A DNA stretch of 64,000 nucleotides from Daphnia carinata (Eukaryota), in contig NC_081332.1 in the NCBI RefSeq assembly GCF_022539665.2, positions 5,022,001 to 5,086,000 of the forward strand. The letters are read 5' to 3'. The notes under the pieces were generated by a model that had not been told where the DNA came from, did no database searches, and saw only the letters and a list, made by a program, of their open reading frames with translations. Every line of letters begins with the position of its first letter. The stretch's first letter is position 1. Made by a program: the position numbers and the translations under genes. Positions 30,025-42,434 of this stretch are shown here, in pieces.

Positions 30025-33000
30025 ATGGCGTCATTGCTTTTGAGATACTCCAACTCACTTCGTTTTGTGTCAGCCTCCCAAGTAAATTGATGCTTTTGCA
30101 AATGTAGAATACAATAGCTATTGGCATTTCATGTAATGTTGCAGGTGAGTCAGCTGAGGTGCTTACACCGACAACCTCTCGATCCGGAATGGGCGGCTTT
30201 GGCAAAAAAACAGTTGAAAGGCAAAGATCCTGAGCAAGAATTGCTTTGGTATACATCTGAAGACATTACATTGAAACCAATTTATACAAAAAAAGATGTT
30301 GAAGGGTAAATATAGTTTAAATACATCACCTTTTATTGTCACTAATCCTAATCTTTCCCTTAATAGGCTGGAACATGAATTACCTGGTAAGTTTCCTTAC
30401 ACACGGGGCCCTTACCCCACAATGTACTCTCAGAGACCATGGACAATCCGACAATATGCTGGTTTCAGCACAGTAGAAGAGAGTAATAAATTTTATAAAG
30501 AAAACATAAAGGCTGGACAGCAAGGACTGAGTGTGGCTTTTGATCTTGCCACTCACTGTGGGTCAGTCTTACATACATTTCATCTTTATTTGGGGGCTTC
30601 CATGTTATTTATTTTTTATGTTATTTCATGCATTAGCTATGATTCTGATAATCCACGTGTTTATGGTGATGTGGGTATGGCTGGAGTGGCAATTGACAGT
30701 GTTGAAGACATGAAAGCTTTGTATGATGGAATCCCTCTTGAGAAAATGTCTGTCTCAATGACTATGAACGGAGCTGTAATTCCAGTTTTGGCGATGCACA
30801 TTGTTGCAGCTGAAGAACAAGTATGCAACCCTCCTTCAATTAAAACTGTTATTACTTATTCACATAAACTTTCCACAGGGCGTTAAAGCGGAACTCTTAT
30901 CGGGTACCATTCAAAACGACATCCTTAAAGAATTCATGGTTCGAAATACTTATATTTATCCGCCTGCTCCTTCTATGAGAGTCATTGGTGACATTTTTAG
31001 TTACATATCAGCGGTAGGTTCTATCTAGAGTTCCGTATTTCGACATTATTATTTTGCTTTCTATTGAACAGAAAATGCCGAAGTTTAACTCGATCAGTAT
31101 ATCGGGATACCACATGCAAGAGGCTGGAGCAACTGCGACACTTGAACTGGGATTCACTATGGCTGATGGCATCGAGTATTGTCGAACAGGCTTGCAATCA
31201 GGCTTAACTATTGATGCCTTCGCACCACGTTTATCATTCTTCTTTGGGATTGGAATGAACTTTTATATGGTAATTTAACTTCTTGTGTTATCTTTAATTC
31301 TGCCAACCTCATTCCTATTTCAATTAGGAAATTGCCAAATTAAGAGCAGCCCGCCGTCTCTGGGCCAATTTGCTTCAAGAAAAGTTTAGCCCTAAAAGCC
31401 AAAAATCATTGGCTTTAAGGACTCATTGTCAGACATCCGGCTGGTCATTGACAGCTCAAGATCCGTATAATAACATTGTGCGTACGACAGTCGAAGCTAT
31501 GGCAGCTGTCTTTGGTGGCACGCAGTCTCTCCACACCAACTCCTTCGATGAAGCCCTGGCCTTACCTTCTAAATTTTCGTCACGTATTGCCCGCAACACA
31601 CAAATCATACTTCAGGAAGAAACAGGAATACCAAAGGTTGTGCCAAATAATTTGAATATTTTATTTTTTCTGTTATTATTATTTATTGTTCAATTTTAAA
31701 CGAATTCTATGATGTGCAAAGATCATTGATCCCTGGGCCGGCAGTTATATGATGGAGACGTTGACTGACGAAGTATACACGAAATCCAAAAGGATTGTTG
31801 ATGAAGTCGAGCAAATGGGTGGTATGGCCAAAGCTGTAGCATCCGGCTGGCCTAAACTTAAAATCGAAGAATGTGCTGCCCGTCGCCAAGCACAGATTGA
31901 TTCCGGCTATGGTAAGCCGTCATCACTTTCGCTTGTACAAGAAACACATTTTAATCTGTAAAATTTTTCAGAGACAATTGTTGGTGTGAACAAATATCAA
32001 CCAGAAAACCCGGAGCAAGTGGAAGTCCTCATGATCAATAATGCAGATGTCCGAAACAAGCAAATTGAAAAAATCAAAAAGGTTGGTATATCATTAAACA
32101 TTTTGATGTTATACATTTAAAAGCTAAACCATTTTCTATGTCTTGTTTTGTTTTTAGGTTAAAGCGACCCGCGACTCAGCCAAAGCTGAACAGTGCCTCA
32201 AAGCGATAACAGATTGCGCTGGTGGCGCTGAGGGCAACTTATTGGCCTTGGCTGTCGAGGCTTCTAGAGCTCGCTGCACCGTAGGCGAAATAACCCAAGC
32301 CATGGAAAAGGTAAAAATGTTTTTTTTTCTTTTGTCCTCTGCGTTCTATAATGGGGACTTGGTGACGAGTAGGTTTTTGGTCGTCACGTAGCGCGGGACA
32401 CAATGATTTCAGGAGCCTACAAAAGCGAGTTTGCAGACAAATCGCAGTTCGATATAGTAGCTAAAAAGGTAGGCCTCGAATTTCAGCACGAGATCATTCA
32501 GGGAAAATTAAAACAAGAAAGACCCACTCTTCCCGTAGATTGAAGAATTGGTTGCCCTTGAAGGCCGTCGTCCTCGTATCCTAGTTGCAAAGATGGGTCA
32601 AGACGGTCATGATCGCGGTGCCAAAGTCATTGCTACTGGTTTCGCAGACCTCGGATTCGATGTCGACATCGGCCCTCTGTTCCAGGTTGGTTTTTTTCTT
32701 TAGCGTCTTTTATCATCCGCACAGATATTTACCTGTTGTTATTTGATAAGACGCCGAGCGAAGTAGCCCAACAAGCCATTGATGCTGATGTTCACGTTGT
32801 CGGAGTGTCTTCATTGGCCGCCGCTCATCGGACCCTTGTACCTGAGTTGATTAAGGTTTTGAAAGATATGGGTCGATCTGATATTCTCGTTGTCGTTGGT
32901 GGCGTTATCCCACCTCAAGATTACGACATGGTCTACAATGCCGGCGCGTCTGCCATTTTCGGACCGGGTAAGTTAAAAACCCTTTTTAAATATATTTCAC

Positions 33001-33127
33001 TCGTTTTTATTGACCTCTGTGGGGTTTTTTCGGGGTGATAGGTACGAAAATTCCTGTTGCAGCGCTGGAAGTTGTTAATTTGATTATCGGCGGATTAACA
33101 CGAAAAACTCAATCAACAGCCAATTAA
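30025..33127 (+). CDS. MMUT: Methylmalonyl-CoA mutase (adenosylcobalamin-dependent), mitochondrial
   Basis: [68 protein letters not shown]12-binding [21 protein letters not shown]. Stop TAA at 33125-33127. Confidence 0.97.
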
Positions 33128-36100
33128 GTAAAACTTGATGAAAGAAAAGGGAGATGATTTTGTTTCCAGTAATGGTGTCGTCAGTGAAGAAACTGTTATG
33201 TGATTCTTTTTAATTTGAATGCTTAGAGACGTAATATAAAGTTGGAATATAAGTCTAAACAGTACACGGCTACAGTGTGAACGGGAAAATGTGGGATTGG
33301 TTACTGCTTTTTAAGCTTTCAACCAATAGGAACAAGGGCTCACGTGATTGGCTAGGCCTTGTGCTAAGCCACGCCCCATTTCTACACAAAGGATCTTTTT
33401 TTGAAGCTTCCACAGCAATTTCACTTCCCTCAGAAATCCAGTCATTAATTAAGTTTTAAAAAGTCCTGTGTTCATTAGTTTGATTCATTCAGTTTTTACT
33501 CAATGCTATTTTAAATGGTTAGATCACACATTTTTGCCAGAGAACGACAAGCAATACTAGTAGGTCTAGCATTATTTGATTTCCTAGTCAGAAAAATAGT
33601 GTTGAAAATGAATCATCATATTTACGTGTTTGGTCAATGGACAAGAAACATAGTATTCTAGATTTTTGGCCCTGGTGTAAGGTTTTGTCAAGTAGCCAAG
33701 TCTTTTGTTCTCCTTTAGTTCAGCTTTCTCTTTTTTCCCTCTTAGAACCAAGAATGGCATTTTTGTTTGTTCCCCTTTTCTCTTAGCGTCATCGCCAGAT
33801 TTCAGAACAGCGATGTTCAACATGAAAACTCACATTGTATAATTACTCAGTGTTTACAGAAATGGGACAAATGAGCTGTCGTGTTGGTCCTCATTTGGCA
33901 TAATTATTCAAGACAAATTATGCTTTATCGATTTTTCACGTTCGTTATAAGAGTTCACAGGGTTTCCACCTGCATAATTTACATTCGACGTCAAGCCTTT
34001 TAGATCGGTAGTTCCTGATGAATTGATTTTCCCCTTTTATGTACCGTAAAAGCCACTGATGTCCAGGGCCTTGTCTACAAACATTCGAACATGGCCGACT
34101 TTTCTTTGGCCGCTGAGATTTCTTCTGGTTGGCTTTTTTCGATCCAAAAAACAGACATCTACAAACGATTTAAGCTATTTCAGTTCATTGCAAGATCAAA
34201 TTACCAAGTCCAACAGAATCAATCATTGGAAATGATCCAGAATCTTCCAATGTATTTTAGGTCTGTAAAAATCAGCAGTGAGTAATCCCTTGGTACTTTC
34301 GACATGCCCTTTTTATCCCTTTTTTTTAAGCTCTTTATTGTTCCACGTTTTTAGACTGGTGACCATCTGGCTATCTCAAATGCCAACATTTTTCGTCTGC
34401 ATCGGCACATCTTTTTAATGCAACTAAAAAAGAAAAAACTAGTAGTTATTCGACGAAGAATCTTTCAGCCACGGATGAGTTAAACGTGGCAACCTATAAA
34501 TAGACATGGAGGAGAGAGGGTGTTGTGGCAAAACTGGTAAACCGAAGAGAAAATAGATCTTGCAACATGGCGCCTGTCGAAGACGTCTGAGCTAATATTT
34601 TCATCCCCCTCCCCTCACTGCAGTCCCCCTGAAATTGTAACAGTCCACACTAGACGAAAACAATGTGATGGGTAAAATACGTAGCTTCGTGTTTCCCGAA
34701 AGGCCTGACTGAATGCAAATGAAAACGGCTTGAATTCAGTTCAAGGGCTCTCGGAACAACGGGAATCAAGAAAACGTTGTTGGGGAGGCCAGAGTGTGTA
34801 TCTGACACAATAGAGCGGTGGGTGGGAGAAGGGGGGTAAAAAAACATAAAAGCAGGAAATGGCAATGCTGTTTTTCCCACCCGTCGCCTAAGGCTCGTTT
34901 AGAATCTTCCCCTTCCCTCTGTATTCCCCCTTCGTCCGCTATTGGTTGCTCATGTCCCCCATCCAATCCGAGTGGGTGTGTCTACCTCCCAGTTCGCGGG
35001 TCGCACCACCCACCACCCAGAGTGTGCCCCACCGAGAGAGAACACGGCGCTCCGAGTTTTATTCTCTTTCAAACAGACGGTGGATATAGAAGCAAAAATC
35101 TCGTGTTGGAAAGCTGTGCAGTTTGTGTGTGTGTTGAATTTGAGTGTGTCCAAAACAAACTTGAGAAAATGTGTATCCAGTGATAGTTCACCGTTTGGAA
35201 TTGTCATTTCTCAATGACGTTGGATACGAAACGAGTCACCACGAATCGAGTGAGTAGAAAACTAAGAATTTAAAGAAATTCAAAAACAAATCGTGTCACC
35301 TACATTCGCACAATTTGAAAGAGAAACGAAGATGGCGAAAACGGTTTTTTTTTTCTATTTTGCGGCTAGGCATCGTATAAAAATTACAACGACGTTCCTC
35401 TTTCCGAATGGAAGGAAGAAGAAAGAAAGAAAAAAAAAAGAGAAAATGATGTGGCTGGCGGCATCCGAGAGAAAACAGGGGGCAGTAGGGGATGCACAAA
35501 CAAGCGAGTAGGAAAGGGGGGAGGAGAAGGGGATGATAATAAAGCCCAAAGGGAGGATGGGGAGAAACCACCCTCCCAACTGGATGTCTGTATGAACAGG
35601 ACTAACCCGCGGATCCTCAACCCGCACGGCGGTTTCCCGAACCGCGGGTTCTGAGCCATACAGATCTGTTTCGGGATTTTCAGGCATCCCCTCTTTCTTT
35701 CGTTCCTTTTTTTTTGTGTTGTAAAAAAAAAGAGATCCCAGCGTGGGGTTAGAATCGTGCTCCTCCCTATCAGCTGACGCCAGAAATGATATGACGTCAT
35801 TTCCCCCACGCACAGTATATAATAGCGGGTTCGTGTTTCCCCTATTTATTATTACGGGAAAAAGAGGGGGAGATGCTCTAATTACTTTGAATCTGAGATT
35901 TTGTTCTTATTCATTTCGAAGAATTCAGATGAAACGAATATTTTTTTAAATGTTCGTTTAAAAACCGAAATATTGGTCATCAATTCAGGAATTCCCGTGG
36001 GTTATTCAAATGAGATCCCCCCTCTGTCAATCGGGAGAAAAAAGGGGGGAGAGAGAAGTGTCGCCACGTGCTCGACCACCGCACGGCACTTTCACGCCCC

Positions 36101-36373
36101 CCTTTCCCGCATAGAGAGACTCTCTATTATTATATTCTCTCCCCTCTTTCTCCCTCTTTTCATCATCTTTTTTTCCTACCACGACTCGCTATACATCAGA
36201 AGAAGAAAAAGCCGTTGTTCCATCCGGTTTGGCCTCGGGTGATTTTCTCACAGGTCATCCCCCACTGACGCCCATTGGTCCGCACCTTCCAACTCTAAGA
36301 GCAAATTGGATGTTGAGGCACCTTAAGAAAACTCATTTGCATATTTGATTGTACCCCGTATTTATTAACAGAA

Positions 36374-38211
36374 ATGAATGAATCGACGGGTGACGTTAAA
36401 CCAAACGTAGGTGATGTCAATTGCCATTTAATTTGCACCGTGTGCCAAGGATACCTGATAGACGCTACCACCATCACCGAGTGTCTTCATTCATGTAAGA
36501 TTCCCCTGAAAATCTAAAAAAAAAAAAGACATCAATTAACAGTTAATGTTACAGTTTGTCGATCATGCGTGGTTCCGCACGTGGCGGAATTCCATCAATG
36601 CCCTTCGTGTTCCGTCCCGCTTAGTACGACGAAACCATTTTCACAGCTCAGGTGAGATTTCCCAATTTTGAGGTTTTCATTCATTCATCACGCGTTTTTA
36701 AATAGGAGAGATTACACATTGCAAAGTATCGTTTATAAAATGATACCGAGACTTGCACGGAATGAATTGGAGAGGAGAAGAACATTCCGGATGGAACGCG
36801 TTGCAACAGATGATAATAAAACAGAAGAATGTTATTTACAATCGTTTTATGCTCCAAACGATCCCATCTCCATGTCATTAGAATACGCCGAACCGTAAGT
36901 CTTTTTTAAAATTAATTTTGGATTAGCGGGAATTTGAAATGTTTGTGCGTAGAAATTGCGAGTTTGGTTTGAAAGCGAATCTGGGCAAAGATGGACCGGA
37001 AGCTGGATCTCAACATCGACGTTACTTCCGTTGTCCGGCTGATCTTCCAATTGGACATTTAATTAAATTTCTTCGCAATAAATTCAACGTTACCGATCCC
37101 GCTACGCACAAGGTCCGTTGTTTTTAATTAAAATTGCGGATGAATTAATGTTAACATAAATATTAATGCAGCTTGAAATCTTATACAACGGACGTCCACT
37201 TGCATCAGAGTACAAACTATCGGATGTCGCCTACATCTTCTCATGGAAAGAGGTATGCAAATTATTTCATCTTTAAACGTTAAAAAAAAAAATGTGGGAT
37301 TCAATAAATTGCAGAGAGAACCTTTGAGATTGTGGTACCGGATATCACCTTCGTTAATCAAGGAAGAAGAACAGCGGGAAGAGATGAAGAAAGGTAATCA
37401 ACGAGCAAGTCTTGTTGACATAACTAGTAAACGTAGTTGGCAATGTAATGGCAAAGACGAACGTCTTGCCAAGCGCCGGAAGCGTCCATCCGCACAGAAA
37501 AAAAAGATGGAATCGGTTGATCCGGTTAAAACGATTTTCGATGAGGCTCGTACAACTGAATTCAGTTGTTCTACTCCAATTCCGCCAGTCGAAACGTGCG
37601 AACCTACCGAGTCCAATAAAATCCAAAACTGGTTGCCCAAAGCCATTTTCGACTTGGACGATCGAGCATTGTTTGCTAAAAGACTCCAAAGAATAACCAA
37701 TCCTTCCGAATTCCGGCCGGAAGAAATTGCACCTCCTTCGAAAGAGGAGCCTCCAGTAGTCGATAAAGACGCGCAATTAATTCCATTGCGGATCTGCGTG
37801 ACTCCTCCATCAGCTTCGGGACATGCTAATCCCGAAGATGAAATTCACGATAGTATCGGTGCGTTAGACCTATCGGGAAGTAAAGGCGATTCGAGTGATG
37901 CATCATCGCCGTTATCAGCCGGAAGTTGCCGATCCAGCGCCAGTCCAGTAGGTTCTGCGAGTAAAGTGGGTCCTCATCCTTATTTCATGACACCCAGCGC
38001 AGTCTACCACCACGTCCAGCAGCAGGATCCGGCTCAATCGATGGCCGCTCTAGCTGCAGCTGCCCAACAGTCTAAACGGAATTCCAGCCGGAGTGAAGAT
38101 GATGTCCATAAAGCATGGGACCTTTTCCATATCCGGCCATCCACTGCTCACAGTAGTCAACCAGCTACCCATCAGAGCCTATTGAATTTACTCAAGTCCA
38201 AACAAAAATGA
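36374..38211 (+). CDS. Polycomb group RING finger protein (Psc/Su(z)2/BMI1 family), paralog A
   Basis: C3HC4 [35 protein letters not shown], then [18 protein letters not shown] domain [55 protein letters not shown]; disordered tail with GALDLS. Confidence 0.9.
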
Positions 38212-38690
38212 ATTAATTTTGACCAAAATTCCGGATTGAATTTCCGGATGTGTGATGTTTGCTGTTTGTCTGTGTGAATTTTCTGTATCGACTTTTTTTT
38301 TGACATTATTTTTTTTTATACATATTATAAATAACTATGGACACTTGAAAATACATTGATTTTTTACAAGTTATGGAGCAGTGATTGAATTTCCTACAAA
38401 AGGCAACAGAAGATCGTAAAGACGATAGGCCTTTTTAAAAGCCTTGGGCTATTTAATACGAATCTTCTAAAAGCAGGAAGTTGATTTTCGAAAGGAAGTA
38501 AAATGCAAATGGCGCTAGTAAAAAAAAATATTTTGAATTTCCATTCATTTTTGATTGGATTCCTTCTATATAAATGCATAGAATTTCATTGAGCCCTAAA
38601 AAAAAGGTGTATATACATCTACCTGTCGAGAGAGAAGGTAACTTTTTTTTTCTTTTTTGAATTGGCTGGTTAATGGGCATCGCGGCGGCT

Positions 38691-38722
38691 AAGAGAGAGA
38701 GAGAACCGGAGAGAGAGAGAGA
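38691..38722. repeat. (GA)n tract
   Basis: aagagagagagagaaccggagagagagagaga. Confidence 0.85.
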
Positions 38723-41700
38723 CCTTGCTGGCGGCGTAGTTTGATGGTTACGCGGGATTGAATCTTGCCGGAAGCGTTATAAGGTTCTCTTTCTCTTCTG
38801 ACGCTTTATCTCTGTTTTCTCGTCTTCCTTTTTTTTGTGTCATGTCCAGCTGTTTGGATGCACATCGTGTGTTACTCAACATGAATTTCAAAATAACTTG
38901 GCCATTTTAAATCGTTTAAAATTGGAAAATAGTTTTACAATTTGCGTGGCTTCAAGGTTGGAATGTAAAGAATTTCCAATGTTTTGATTGCCATCGATCA
39001 TGATGACGTCATGAAGTAGCTTTTAATTGAATATTTTGTTTTTAGTTTCTCAACACGAATGGGGTAGATGCGACATTATTATTACCTGCCAGATGTTGCC
39101 ATGACGACGGATTGAGGCGTCCTCCCACCCCACCCAATACGGATGGGCGTGTATCGATCCGATGCCTCGTGCCGGGACTCCCTCACATCGTTTGCCATTC
39201 GAAAAGAATACCCCTCTAGAAAAAAAAACACTTTTGGAACTACGTCAGATTCCGTGCAAATGGCCACCACCGTCAACACTGTAAAAAAAAAACACATTTT
39301 TTAGGTGGGACATTTTTATGGGTTTATGGTCAGCATTGATGGCTTCGCGGCTCCCGTTTCAGGTCAACTTGATTGCTTCACGGATTTTTAAAATCCATTT
39401 CAGGTTTTTTTTCACTTGAGACTGCAATAAAAATCATTCTCAAACAATCCGACTGTTATGAAGTTGTCTAGTTTTGCCAAGATGGCTGATAATCTGAAAT
39501 CGTTCCATTTCTCAAAGAATTCAGAGCAGACGACATTCTTGGCCGAATCAACTAATATGGCGATTAGGCTAAACAGTATACGAAAGGAACAGAAACGTGT
39601 GTTTTAAAAAATCATTTTCAAAACGTTATTGAGGAAACAAAGGTCTACTACTACCATCGAATATTTGCTATTGACAGGTAAGAAAACGAAGCTGGATTGC
39701 AATCAGGTTTTTGATTTTCTAGGATAGTTGTAGAATACTAAGAAATGAGAGACCAATCGAAAACCAGAATATGGCGCCGTACAATCTTGAAAAAAAGAAG
39801 ACACAGAGCAGTTGGAGGGAAAAAACCGACTTCCACAATCGCGACCTTAGACGTAACGAGTTTTTTTATCATTTCGACAGAGAATATTTGTCTCGTTCCT
39901 AACTTTTTTTTGTTTGTCCTCGATCGACACAGTAATAAAAAAAAAAAAAAATCTCAAGGACGTCCGACATCAGTTTTCCACATCACGTGATTGTTTGCAG
40001 ACTGCACGATGCGAAAAAAAAAGGCGTCACCTAGGCAACGAATGATCTGGATAGATAAAAAAGAACAATGCGTTTGGCAAATGAAACAAAAACGAATCGC
40101 CGTGGAAATAACCGCGAAAAATATTGTCCACTGCTGAAAGGACCTCCCGGGTTTTCAAGTTGTTTGGTGTTAAGTGAACTGAACTTTTGTTTCGAAAATA
40201 GCAAAAACCGTGTAGACAAACATGTCATCCTTGCTGTGCACCTTCTGGCGCTAATGGCTACCTAATGAGTTAATTATCCAAGTGCAAGACGTCGGGTAAT
40301 GAGAGCCCGAGACGCCGAAATAGTTGAAAACAACGACAGAAAAACAGTCGAATACTAGTGCAGCTTTTCGATTCGAATAGAATTGATGATGTCTAAAGAT
40401 TCGGAAAAAAATGGGCAATCTGACTGTCGAAAGTGAAGCTCATCATATGAAAAATTTTTCGCGTAAAGCGCTAATGAAAGATTAAAATTAAATGGCCGCC
40501 ATGTTCAACGAGATTCGAGAAATGTCGTCAGAAAAACTGCTCGAAATGCAAGTCTAAACTCAATTTCATGGCCAAAAAATGTGATAGACGCGTTGTTGAC
40601 GTTACGATCTGACTTTTGGTATCAATGATTCTGCAGAAAAGTGGACCTGAAACGTTTAATCAGCGTTTATTAAGTTGGCGTCATCAACAAATTTCGTCCT
40701 GACGGGGCGGCGGTTTCATGTTCGCTGAAAACATCAGCCTTTCATCTATCCAAAACAGCTACTACCCTTCATTTTTTCACCAATCAAATAGTACTACTAT
40801 ATTCCTCAGAAAGAGAGCTGTCGATTGATTCTAATGAATTTATCTTAGATCGAGATTTAAGGAGATTAAATTGGCGAAGAAAGAGGACGAGTTGCGAGCT
40901 GAAATGCCCATTTTTCGGGTGCGGCTCGTCGTCCATGAGAAACACAAGCATGAGGCTTTATTCTGTAAAAAGATGGCGACCCTTTGTCATCCGGGGCCCA
41001 CACGTGACCATTGCTCTACCAATAGGAGCTCGCTTTTGGGGAAGGAGGGCGTGCCTTCAACTAGTCTGGCCAGAAAGGGAGCCATCGACCGGCATGTTTC
41101 TATCAGTCGCCGCCAGGGACGGCCAGAGTTCGGTCCGTATTTCGTGGTCGCTCGTTGTGCTGTATAAATGTAAGGCACGCAACAAACAGCGCCCTCGTTA
41201 GGAAAAAGCAAAAAAAAAAAGAAGGGAGGCCAAAGTTTTTATATCCCAGTGTCTGCAGTGTCCATGAATTTTGTTCTCAAGTGTGAAACAAAGGAATATT
41301 TTCCTCTGTGACTTTAAGTCTTCAGGTAAGCAAAAAAATTTTTTTTTCTTTTCTCTGCTACATTCCGTCGTGCGTTATTTTGATAGAACGTGAGCTGCGT
41401 AAGGCTGGAATAGAGGAGGAAGAGTGTTGTACTGTTATGTGCGTGTGTCTGTGTGTGTGTGTGTGTCTGCCCGCGCTGGTGGGGAGGAAGTGAGTAGGGG
41501 GAGGGGAACGAAAGGCGAAGAGGGAGGGAGAGGAGAGAGAAACGCCGAGTGAATATAAGGGAGCCACACACACACAGACAAGAGAGAAGGAGAGAGTCTT
41601 ATGTAGTCGTCGAAATGTATATATATTTAAACGGGGAAATGCGTCTTTGCTTGTGGGGAGATGGCGTCGACGTCGTTTCGGCTCCCTTTATGGCCAAGAA

Positions 41701-42434
41701 TTTCCGATTTTATTGTTCGCTTCTGAAATTTCGTATCACTTGAATTTTTTCTTTTTGGTCAAGGCAAACTAAAAAAAAAAACCGAGCCCGGACTTCTTGA
41801 ATTTGAATAAGAAAACGTTGTTGGGTGTGTGTGAGTAACATTCCTCGGAGAGGGTCGGTAATGCCTGCAGGGTGGAAAGGCGTCGTCACGTGACCCGGCG
41901 TGAGAAACGAGACACACGTGTCTGCATGTGTATTTTTTTCTTCTTCCAGAAGGGTTTCATCCTTTTTTTTTGTGTGTTGTGTAGTTGCATCGCGATAACC
42001 TCTTCACCTCGTAGCGTCACTCATCCGGCCGTGACACGCTGATAAAAACGATTACTGGTGGCATGCTACAGAAAAGATGTTTAGTTATGGTAATTTTTTT
42101 TTCAAGGGGTTTATTATCAAATGTTTGTCAATCGAACATGATTCACGTACACGAAGTTTCAGAGTCCATTTTGTGATCAAGTGAGAAAAACAACGAGCTT
42201 ATCTTTACAAAAATGTGAAAGCTTAAATAAGTTTAGAAACAAGGAAATCAGCATTTAACCCCTAAAACAATTCTACCCTCCCAACGACTAAAAATGCATT
42301 TATCATTTTGAATTTCAAGGAAATTTATCTTTTTTTCAGGTGGTATACAAATGATAACAAACCGCAGTGATGGCTATTGGTTGATGTAATCTCTACACGT
42401 AGTTCCAGTACAAAAATTAAAGCCAAAAACAACA

